Below are positions 52,441 through 64,000 of a DNA stretch of 64,000 nucleotides, piece by piece (the first letter of the stretch is position 1; each line of letters opens with the position of its first letter). The notes under the pieces were generated by a model. It did no database searches. It was not told the DNA's origin and saw only the letters and a program-made list of their open reading frames with translations. Origin of the DNA: Eledone cirrhosa (lineage: Eukaryota); the NCBI GenBank assembly GCA_964016885.1, contig OZ024766.1, positions 14,942,001 to 15,006,000 on the forward strand, written 5' to 3'. Position numbers and translations under genes: made by a program.

Positions 52441-53597
52441 TAGTGACTATCAGACATAGTGTATCTAGGATTACATTATCTAATGTACAGTACAGTAGTT
52501 AGTATTAGTGGCTATAAGACATAGTATATCTAGGACTACATTATCTAATGTACAGTATAGAAATTAGTATTACTGGCTATAAGACATAGTGTAACTAGGA
52601 CTACATTATCTAATGTACAGTATAGAAATTAGTATTAATGGCTATCAGACATAGTGTACCTAGGACTACATTATCTAATGTACAGTATAGTGTCTATCAG
52701 ACATAGTGTATCTAGGACTACATTATCTAATGTACAGTATAGTGGCTATCAGACATAGTGTATCTAGGACTACATTATCTAATGTACAGTATAGTGTCTA
52801 TCAGACATAGTGTATCTAGGATTACATTATCTAATGTACAGTATAGTAGCTATTAGACATAGTGTACCTAGGACTACATTATCTAATGTACAGTATAGTG
52901 GCTATCAGACATAGTGTATCTAGGACTACATTATATAATGTACAGTATAGTAGCTATCAGACATAGTGTACCTAGGACTACATTATATAATGTACAGTAT
53001 AGTGGCTATCAGACATAGTGTACCTAGGACTACATTGTCTAATGTACAGTATAGTAGCTATTAGACATAGTGTACCTAGGACTACATTATCTAATGTACA
53101 GTATAGTGGCTATCAGACATAGTGTATCTAGGACTACATTATATAATGTACAGTATAGTAGCTATCAGACATAGTGTACCTAGGACTACATTATATAATG
53201 TACAGTATAGTGGCTATCAGACATAGTGTATCTAGGACTAAATTGTCTAATGTACAGTATAGTGGCTATCAGACATAGTGTACCTAGGACTACATTATCT
53301 AATGTACAGTATAGTGGCTATCAGACATAGTGTATCTAGGACTACATTATATAATGTACAGTATAGTGGCTATCAGACATAGTGTACCTAGGACTACATT
53401 GTCTAATGTACAGTATAGTGGCTATCAGACATAGTGTACCTAGGACTACATTATCTAATGTACAGTATAGTGGCTATCAGACATAGTGTACCTAGGACTA
53501 CATTATCTAATGTACAGTATAGTGTCTATAAGACATAGTGTATCTAGGACTACATTATCCAATGTACAGTATAGCAGTTAGTATTTGTGGCTATCAT
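52441..53597. repeat. 65/52-bp tandem array
   Basis: First units 65 bp, the rest 52 bp (13 nt shorter). Confidence 0.93.
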
Positions 53598-53785
53598 TAT
53601 TATAGACTTCAAGTCGGTAGAGGGTCAGACGCCATGCTTTCCAGCATAGTTACGTACCTTTACGATCTGAGTTCAAATCCCGCCGAGGTTGACTTTGTCT
53701 TTCATCCTTAGGGGGTCGATAAAATAAAGTACCAGTAATGCACTGGGTAATTGCTGGTCTTGTGCCTAAAGTAGAAACAATTATT

Positions 53786-54690
53786 ATAGACTTCAAGTAA
53801 ATCTTTGTCAACTTACCTCCTTCACATATAATCAATGTGTTGTGTTGTTAGTTGTTACTAAACAACCAAAGAAATAATCTCTTTGTTATCAAATTAAAAG
53901 TTTCAAAGATGTTATCAGCTTTATTTCCCGACATTAACGTTGGTGTATCTTCTTCATCCTTAGTCATGAATTGATATCTTGTCAGAATGAAGTAGTGAGG
54001 ATGACTTTATGTCTTTAGCTACAGATTTGATAGGAAATATATATATATTAGGTTGATATGTGGTCTAAAATATATATATTGTCTATAAATGACTGATAGC
54101 AGATGTTCTGGTGAAATAGTAGTTTTACTACTACAGATTGTAATGGAACTCTTAGTAGACACAATTGTAAAGTAAGAATAGATATGACAGTGTAAGACTG
54201 ATGTCGGGGAAATAAACTTGTGTATATATATATAATTGTTACACAAGATATAATTAGATTAATTAAAGTTATAATTGTTTCTACTTTAGGCACAAGGCCA
54301 GCAAAGACCCAGTGCATTACTGGTACTTTATTTTATCGACCCCGTAAGGATGAAAGGCAAAGTCAACCTCGGCGGGATTTGAACTCAGATCGTAAAGGGA
54401 CGTAACTATGCCGGAAAGCATGGCGTCTGACCCTCTACCGATACTGCCAATTCACCGCAATGAAGGCAGCAGGTACTCGGTATCGTTGCGCATGTTTCAA
54501 CTCTCTTCCCGGTGTCATACGTTAAAAGTCCCTGATATAATTTAATACCTTCAGACACAGTTCCAATCGTTTTTAGTTTATTGTAAATCAGAAAGTATCA
54601 CTCAATAAAATATCAATTATATATCAATAAGAAAACCTCTAGGTAGTCTCACTGACTGTTAGAAATAGCAGCGATATTACCCATTACAAC
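53786..54690 (+). repeat. Segmental duplicate of 44238-45150
   Basis: Collinear, including a shared SINE B insertion. Confidence 0.9.
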
Positions 54691-55356
54691 TGCTCTCTCT
54701 CTCTCTATATATATATATACACACATATATGTACGTATGTATGTATATGTGTATATATGTGTATGAATGAGTGTGTATGTGTGTACATGTGTACATAGGG
54801 TTTTGGTATATGTACGTTTGGTGAACATATGTGTATTTACCTGTAGGTATGTGTGAGTGTGCGTTCTATACGCATTTATGCGTGTATATTTATATATGTA
54901 TTTATAATTACATGTATATATACACACACAAACATATATTTATATGTGTATTTGGTGCATACAATCGTATGTGTGCGGGTATATGTGTTGCGCCGGTTTA
55001 CGTCTGTGTGTGCCTGTTTATGTGTACGTATATGTATATGCATGCATGCCGTGAGTTTCCGCATATGCTCGTGTATAAATGTGTGTATGTATATATTTAA
55101 TTATTATTACTTTTATGATTTTAATAACATCTGTCATTTTCGTTCAACTAATTTATTTACATTATTCTGGACTCCGAAGCCGAGCATCATTCAGTTTGCT
55201 TAATAGAATATTAGTCTACGACTCCATTTACACCATAAACGTGGTTTTGTCTTTACATGTAATTGTTGTCACCGCTCCACATAACGACGTATTATCTTCT
55301 TTTTCCCGTTCATTGCCAGGGAACGTCTTCACGAATCAAAGCATAAATTATTTTCA

Positions 55357-55919
55357 CGAGCTGACGTACCCAGCTTCGCCCGGGTAAACAGATGATAAAA
55401 GAAAAGTTCCCTATTTACTCCCTTCACAACTATGTATGTTAGACTAACAGACAGGCACACAGACAGATAAACTGCGTGGCGATTGTGGAACGCCGCACGT
55501 ATACACACATACACGCACACAAACTTACACACGCACCCGTGCACTTACACACACGCACACACTCACACATGTTGATAGTTTTTACTTTCTGTGGAACGCT
55601 GCACGCACGCACACATACATAAACATACGCGCACGTACATACACACGCACACATGTTAATAGTTATTGCTTTCCTTCCCCTCTTATTTCCACACACATCA
55701 CACACACACACACGTCTCTACACTGACACATATACATAGTGTATCCAACACAGCGTTCACTTTGCCTCTCTCTCGCCTCTCACTCTCTCATTGGCATTAT
55801 ACATATTAATTTAAGTTTGGCGTCGTTGAGGTGGGCGGAGTCGTTTGAAACCTATGAACCAATGATAATCGAGAATTATGACACATGGAATATTGACATT
55901 GTTGAAATTAATATATAGA
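55357..55919 (-). mobile_element. Non-autonomous Helitron (deletion derivative)
   Basis: 5' TCTATATATTAATTT end; the body matches 61300-61719; 3' hairpin acccgggcgaagctgggt with a CTCG end. Confidence 0.85.
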
Positions 55920-58900
55920 CTAGCTGACGTAACTAGCTTCGCCCGGGTAAACAGATGATTGTCTGGTTACAGTGTGAGGCGAGTCCGTGTTGTCTGTGTG
56001 ATACAAAAAAACAGTAAAAATAATCTTCCAGATATACCAGATTCTTCGTCGTGCGGTTTGTGCATAGTATATGAACAATTCTAGGTGCTCCCACCTAGAA
56101 TAGTGACCTCTAGGAGATGGTTCCTCTTCTGCCTGACTGGAAAACGTGTATCATTGCATAGACGTGGTTGTTCCACGTTTCTCAAAAGGATGATGGAAGT
56201 TCCAATCTTTTATATTATATGTAGATATAGATATAGATAATTAATAAAAAAGATGTCCGTCAATGTAAAGAAGGTCCCTATTTACTTGAAATGGTTTATA
56301 CAAATGCCAAATTAATATGGATATGGATAACATGCTTATCTATAAGTGGTCAGCTATAATAATAAAACAACAAATTATATGACACAAAAATTTATTCAGT
56401 AATTTCCAGGCTCTTAGCCACTGAGTAATAGACAGTCAATATTGCCCAGAGTTCAACTCGGGGAGGTGGCCTGGTTTGAACTCAAAATGGCGGATCCTTC
56501 TACTTCGAAAATAGAATCGTTTTTCAATATTACTCTAGCCCTGGCCGGCCATAGGCACCAAACTTTTTGCCAGACTCAGCATATGATGAGGTTTTATTAC
56601 CACTGCAATCAGAAGCGATAAATTTGAAGGCAATTTCTACCAATACTTGTTGGTTTTTATTGCTCATTATCGACAATAAATGACATTGGACATAAATGAT
56701 AACTCTGCCAAAGCTCACAATACAGATGAAAGGAAACCAATGTCCGAATCATATACGTCGCTTATTGATAGCTTTAAAGATATGCATACATCAGCTCAAA
56801 GCTTCATTATAGACAATATTTAGGTTTGTTACTCTGTTAGTGGTATCAATTGCAAATTTTATACCATCAGGATCGCACACTCGAGATGCAGCAACATAGA
56901 GTTGCCCATGGCTGAATGCTGGATCATTCAAGTAGACACCGACTCGCTTGAAAGTCTGTCCCTGTGCCTTGTTGACAGTCATGGAGAAGGCCAAATTGAC
57001 GGGAAACTGTCTCCTTTGCCAAATAAATGGCAGCAGATCTTCACTTGGTCTCAGCATGATCCTCGGAATGAGAACCGATTCCTCTCTGCCTGGGAGTTTA
57101 GCTTCTAAAACTCTTCCGTTAATCAATCTCTCAACAATCAATCTGGTACCATTGCAAAGACCCATTTTATGATTGATATTTCTAAGCAATATAATCGGCA
57201 AACCCTTTTTCAACCTCAAAATATGTGGGGGAAATCCGGGTATTTGAAGTGAATTCAGATACTCAGTCAGAACATCCATACTGTTCTGCTGATTAGGCTC
57301 CATTGCATACGCACTGACGGTCAACCATTCCTCTCCAGGAAACATTCCGGCTACTTGTGAATTTATTTCATCGACCGTTGCATTCGTATGAGTTAGAATA
57401 ACACGTTCCGATATCCAGGAGATATTCTGCCAAAAAGCATTCAAATTAGGGAACACCCAGTCAATCAAGCCTTGGCGGTCCAGTGGCATGACCAAATGGT
57501 CTGGGATTTATACAGTCTGATTATCACCAGCGTGTGGCAATTCATCGTTTCCCAACTGCATCAACCATCGGCCGTATGTCTCAGCCTCTTCGTTTTGCCC
57601 GAACATAGGAAGTCGCATATTATCGTGTAATCGCAAAACTCTGAAATGGCGCCACAACGGGGACTTTTTCAGACATGCATTGACAATTTGTGCTCTTTGA
57701 GCATTCCTAACAATTGGTAGCACCTGTCTGAAATCACCACCAAGAACGATAGTCTTACCACTGAATGGCAGGTCACTACCGCAGATATCTCTCAAAGTTC
57801 TGTCCAATGCCTCCAGCAAATATCTGTGTGCCATTGGAGCCTTGTCCCAAATAATCAGAGACGTATTGCGTATAAGGCCCGCGAGTTCACTTTGTCCTGT
57901 AATATTACAGAAACTCAACTTATCTGGAGCCAATGGAGCCTTGAAGCATGAGTGGAAGGTCCTTCCACCACTCAGCAAAGTGGCAGCGATGCCCCTGGTG
58001 GGCACAGGGAGAGCAATCTTCCTCTGAGCTCTGACTGCCGATAACATAGTGTTGAAACAGAATGTCTTTCCGGTGCCTCCTGGAACATCTATGAAAGCAC
58101 AAAGTTGCTCATTAGTGGAAATCGAGTGGAGAGCGCCATCAACCAATTCTCTGTGAGATTGGGTCAACATTGGCATACGTTCATCCACAATACGTTGCTG
58201 TTCCAGTGGATCAAAGTGGAATAGTTCCCTCCGATCGAGTGGCAACCGTCTAAGCTGCAATCTCATGTTCAATGCTAAGACACGTTGCCGCATTTCTTCA
58301 TCAGGAATTGGTAAATTGAAATCTGTTAAACATTTCAAATGAACTTCGAGCAGTTGCTCAATATTGAGCAAAACAATAGCTTTCAGCAAATTTTCATCAT
58401 AGACCTGAAGATGATGCCTAAAATCATCAGCCATAATTCCCCAATGGCGTTCAAATAACTCTCTTGGATCGGCAGGATTGCAGAATCCTAGAATAGTGAC
58501 AAACAACTGCCTTATTCGAGCTGGCATCTGTGTTGTTCCTGCAGCTTCCATGGCGTTATTCCATTCAGCGTCATCCTGAAGGAGTCCCAGATGCTGACAC
58601 ACAGCCTGATATCTTTTATATTCCACGCCATTGATTGTTTTCAAATCAGCGAAGCTCTGTTTACCTCTCGAAAAATCACTATGCAACAGAACTCGGAGAT
58701 AAAACACATCACCAGATGCTGGATGGACATTACAAACCCGTCCAATAGTCATGAATCTCAACTTTTGTTTTCTATCATTCCATTTCTTTCCCTTCTTATC
58801 CCACGTATAGTGCGAAGGGAAATCGCAGTAGAGTTGCTTTTGATCCGGGTTCAAAGCATGTTCCCTATTATGCTTGAACCACTCAGTCAATTCCGTCTTA

Positions 58901-61719
58901 GGAGGTGGTGCGTTAGCAATTCTTTCGATACCTCTTCTAGTGTCCTTAAAACAGACCATTTGCCTATTCTCTAAGTGAACCGTCAGTTTCTGAACGCTGG
59001 GTTTGCGTTCATTGAGATCAAAATCGAACAATCTCCAGCAAGCTTCGCTAGATCCAATCGAGCGAACATCCTGGAACCTGCCAACTTCATCTCCTTGGTT
59101 CGCTTCCTCATTCCTGACATTCATCATTGCCCCATCATGACCTTTGTAAACATATTTGAATAGATATTTGCAAGCTTTCACTGAGCTACAAATTTCCACA
59201 TTAATATGACAACGATATTTCATAATCAAATATGGATTGTATGGCACAACCCATTGATTTGTAACCTGTCGACCGTTTACATTTTCGACCAAACCGCCAT
59301 CGGCAGGCGACCGTCTTCTGTATGAGGGATGAGCATCCCCATCATTCCAGGAAGTGTTCGTGACAAAAGATTTCGGAAAGTGCTTACTGCATTGGCCATT
59401 TTTCATGCAAGGCGCTTTCCGATTTGCCACTCCGCATTGGTTGTGCACCATTGACTTTGCCACCAAGTTGCATAGTGCCTCATTCTCCGGCAGTTCAGCA
59501 CACACAATGCTGTCGACATCCTCAGCACATCACACTTTGCAATCTCTATGTAAAATGATCAGCAAATGTGCATGTGGCAATCCTCTTTTTTGGAATTCAA
59601 TTACGTATGTAAAAGCAACTATACCTCCAAAGATTCCCTCTTTTTCCACATCATCCATTATCTTTTTCAGATATCCTTTGAATACTCTTGCCACAATATC
59701 AGGACGGTCCTTTGGCTGTTGTCCTGGCAAAAGTGCATCCTTAATATCAGTCCATTCAGGATTGCATGTAACCGTTATAAACAAATCTGGCTTTCCAAAC
59801 TTTCTGACAATAGCCATTGCATCCTGATAGCGAATGTTCATATATCTCGGGCCGCCGATGAACGACGATGGCAAAATGATGCGTCGACCAATTTGCTTGT
59901 AATTGGCATCATTGGCTGTTATCGCATCCTGTATATTATTATACAATTCAGCTCTGATATGTTGCTGATGTGTAGCTATATAATTTAGCCTTTGATTTTC
60001 GATCTTTGCGTATGCCATACAACAGTATTCCTGGAACAATCTGCTGGCTTGAAATAGCGCATTTCTCTGTTGATTCCTCTCGTTCAAATGGAACGCGTAA
60101 AAGTCGCGAATCGAATTATTGTGTCTATTGCCACCTCCCTGTTGATGCTGATTCTCATGATCATCTAAATGAACAGACATGTTCCATCCATTTTCACCTT
60201 TTGGGAATAAAAGAACATAATGCAATGGATGGTATGTCCTATTTGACTCATTGATAGTGTTGAGACCACCATCTCTGCGATTGAGGGCTATATCTCTCGA
60301 TCCAGGCTTATCGTCCATCAACACAGCAACTTCACGAAATCCTTCGGGGGCATTATATCGCCGTTCGTGTTGATTCCTTGGCACTGCGTCAGCCTTAATC
60401 ACCAATGTTTGTTGCTGAACATTCTGCAGTTCAGCCACCAACATGAAATCCATAACATAAGGATTACACTGTCTAAGCCATGATTGCAAATCATGGATCA
60501 AATCACTTAACCTTTGCCGCTCAAGTTCAGTTATATTTCCCGGCAACTTCATCCAACCGATCCTGATATCCTCCTCCGATTCACTATAATCTGGATTGTT
60601 AACGTAAATTTGAGCGAATCAAGGCCTCTCTCCTGGGGTAACTTCTAAATTATCGATACAATGATACAAACGGCATTGAATGACGACATTCGGTTGCCAT
60701 GCTCCACTCTCAAACATCTCACTAACTCTCTGCGATGCTAAAGCTAATAAATTGTTAATTTGCCGCGAATATTTGCGCAGTAATCTACCTCAGTCTCATT
60801 GATCACCCCACATACTTAGTATTTTAAACTCCGGTGACTCCCCATCATCCGGCATTCGCAAAGGTTCTAGTTGAACTGCTCCTTTGTGACAGCACATTGT
60901 GGTCCACGTCTTTTCGTGCCACCAAAGCAATGCTCCACAATGTGGAGACCCTGGTCGTCCACCAATCTGACAGTGACACGGTTGCCATGATCCATTTTTA
61001 ATATCATTCGTTCGCCTCTTTACTGGAATGAGGAGCACTTTGCGACACATTCCCTGAACTTCTGTATTGCGCTGGCGCTGTTCAGCCAGCTCCTCTTCAT
61101 CCATCGGAGCACGCCATTGCTGCTGAATTCTGGCCACCTGCTGATGATGCTCAGCCAGTTCGTTTTTCAACCATCGCAGCACTCCGTCGCCGCTGTAGTT
61201 CACTGTTTGATAAAGTCGAATTGCTTTTCTTATCAGTATTCATTTGGAGCAATTGTAAAAAAAAATGACACAATAATAAATATAAAAGATGTCCGTCAAT
61301 GTAAAGAAAGGTCCCTATTTACTCCCTTCACAACTCTGTGTATGACAGACAGGCACACAGACAGATAAACTGCGCGGCGATTGTGGAACGTCACACGCAT
61401 ACACGCATGGAAACGCGCACACGCACACAAACTTACACACGCACACACTCACACATGTTGATAGTTTTTACTTTCTGTGGAACACTGCACGCACGCACAC
61501 ACACATAAACATACGCGCACATACATACACACGCATACATGTTAATAGTTATTGAACACAGCGTTCACACTCTCCCCTCTCACTCCCTCATTGGCATTAT
61601 GCATATTAATTTCAGTTTGGCGTCGTTGGGGTGGGCGGAGTCGTTTGAAACCTATGAACCAATGATAATCGAGAATTGTGACACACGGAATACTGACGTT
61701 CTTCAAATTAATATATAGA
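55920..61719 (-). mobile_element. Autonomous-type Helitron, inactivated
   Basis: 5' a|TC at 61719; 3' hairpin plus CTAG|t at 55920; encodes RepHel. Confidence 0.92.
56791..61203 (-). pseudogene. Helitron RepHel (HUH Rep plus PIF1 helicase) with premature stops
   Basis: TVTCNPEW, EFQKRGLPHAH, KYLFKYVYKG, GGTGKT, GDFRQVLP, KAQGQT, HGQLYVA. In-frame stops at 59530 and 57508; Walker B DE>DK. Confidence 0.93.
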
Positions 61720-62506
61720 TATATATATCATCATCATCATCATCATTTTACGTCCACTTTTCTCTGCTTGCAAGCCATGTGCCTCTTCCTATATATACAT
61801 ATATACTATATACATATACACACATATACATATATATATGTATGTATATATATATATGTATATATATATACGTACTTAATACATGCATACATTTATTTTT
61901 TTAAAATTAATTGAGTTCTTAACACGCAGGATTAAAATTGTTTTTAAAAAAACTAATTAACCCACGTGTATATTATTTTACTTTCTTGTGTTTCGCGATT
62001 GCCTCCCTTTTCCGCTTCGTGACGCTGTGATATTCCTCAGTCTAGGACTGCTGGAATTTCAAATTTGGCGGTCATTATGATGCGTGAAGGGACGACTTAG
62101 CTGACACGAAAAATAACTGCGGTAAGAAATGTTTTCTTATATCAATGTTTGAAGGGCATCCACTGATGATTTATAAGTGCCCACCTGCATATGTTCTTAC
62201 AGGAAAATATGTAGGCTTCTACATAAACAAGAAACATTCTCCCAACTTGTAGAAAACTTATAATGAAACAATTGTTTGGAAAGAGAGATATATTTTAATT
62301 TTAATTATATCTCATATAAAATAATACAACTGGCTTTCCACAAAATACATATAGTTAGCACCCCAAACACAAAATTGGGATTATACTAAGGTATATCCTA
62401 ATGTTTGTTGAGTGAGATGGTAGCCAGTCAGAGTTTAGCTTAAAGCTTTCTCTGTTACTGTATTAAATATATGTATATATATATATATATATGTATCTAT
62501 ATATAT

Positions 62507-64000
62507 CACCTTGACCGACCAGTCTGTCGGGCGTCCATTCGACGCCGCTGGTCACAGCACGCCATCCATTCCTCTCTGGATTGTGCTTTCCTCATCCATG
62601 TAGTCCCAATCATATTCCTAAAATGATCTGCCACCTTCATGGAGGCCTTCCGAGTGGTCGCTTCCACTCGCACGGGTACCACTCGGCAACTGCGCAGGTC
62701 CAGTGATTATCGGTGAACCGGGCGACGTGTCCAGCCCATCTGAACTTGCTGCGTATATATTGCGCGATGACGTCCCTCACACCGGACTTCTGTCTAATGA
62801 CTTCGCTCCTGATGTGCTCTCTCAACGAGATTCCTAGCATTGATCTCTCCATGGCTCTTTGAGCCGTTACCAGCCTCTGCTCTTCTCTCTTCGTTGTAGC
62901 CCAAGTTTCACTGCCATATAACTTTGTAGGTAAAACTGTGCTATTGAAGAAGTTTTCATGCTGTTCATCTTGAGGCCTACTGCAGAGCTTTTGATGTCGA
63001 GCTCCGTCAGCATGGTCTGAAGCCGATCCGTGGTTTCAGCGATGAGTACGATGTCATCAGCGAAACGGAGGTGGGTAAGTATCTCCCCATTGATGGTGAC
63101 ACCGCCTTGCCAGTCAATGCCTCTGATGATCTGCTCGAGACACGCGGTGAAAACTTTTGGAGAGATCGTATCTCCTTGCTTCACTCCCTTCTCGACCGGC
63201 ACTCGTACGGGTGATGACAGCAGAGCTGTGTCGGTGGTGCATCCGGAATTCACCTCCTTGAGCAGTTGAACGTATTGCGCCTCGACTCCTTGCCTCTGCA
63301 GCGAGTTCAGCAATGCGTTGATTTCGACGCTGTCGAAGGCCTTCTTGTAGTCTACGAACGCGACGCAAAGAGGCATCTTGTACCCTTTTGCTTGCTCAAG
63401 CAGTTGTGTCAGAGTAAATATGTGGTCCATCGTGCTGTAGTTCTTCCGGAAGCCGGCTTGCTCTTTCGGTTGCTGTTCGTCCAGATGATGTGATAACCTG
63501 TTCAGGATTATCTTCGTGAACAGCTTGTACACGTGAGACAGCAGGAATATGGGTCGGTAGTTCTTCAGATCTTCTCTATCGCCCTTCTTTTATAGCAGGA
63601 TCGTATTCGACTCTTTCCACTGCGAGGGTATTCTTCCCTCGTCCAGATCGTGTGTGAATCGCTCGGCGAGGATTTTCCAGAGCTGTTCTCCGCCTGACTT
63701 CAACACCTCCGATGTTATGCCGTCTTTCCCTGGCGCCTTTCCGCTTTTCATTACACCGACGGCTCTTTCGACCTCACCGACAAGGATGGGTGGCACATTT
63801 TCTTCCTGTTGGAGTGACGGCAACGGCTGCACATTCCTGGCAGACTTGAAGAGCTTGGTGTAGAAGTCTTCGTAAATCTTTTCCATCTCATTCTTGTCGC
63901 TGACCGGTACTCCAGCTGTGTTCTTCAGGGTCGTCACCTTCGATCTGTACATTGCCATGTCCGTCTCGCATTTCTTGAGGCTCTTCTTTTCCTCTGCGGC
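62507..64000 (-). mobile_element. RTE-clade LINE of a second, GC-richer family (runs off the window)
   Basis: [50 protein letters not shown]; stops and an internal deletion. Confidence 0.9.

Overview
AT-rich, repeat-dense animal genomic DNA, most likely an octopus. This is inferred from the CDICGKSFS-type C2H2 arrays, the SINE types and the microsatellite load; no database check was possible. (1) 0.3-14 kb: a minus-strand array of 138-bp, phase-1/1 EGF-like exons of MEGF10/SCARF/Tie type. Four are intact, four are disrupted, and several half-exons are present. (2) 35-37 kb: a minus-strand C2H2 zinc-finger (pseudo)gene with candidate upstream UTR exons. (3) 55.4-61.7 kb: a decayed autonomous Helitron fused head-to-tail to its own non-autonomous derivative. 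(4) Many RTE LINE copies whose ORF carries a PHD finger, plus CR1 and Tx1 fragments, two tRNA-SINE families, and hAT, piggyBac-like and Tc1-type MITEs. (5) A 16.8-24.4 kb tandem triplication and dispersed segmental duplicates. Two features stand out. First, five sequence-unrelated short elements sit in or beside (TA)n tracts and each carries a type I hammerhead ribozyme core; three are fold-back palindromes and three have apparent target-site duplications. Second, most minisatellites here can be traced to a parent sequence in the window: an EGF exon, a zinc finger, CR1 or RTE ORF ends, or transposon termini. Most short ORFs in the supplied track are repeat artefacts.
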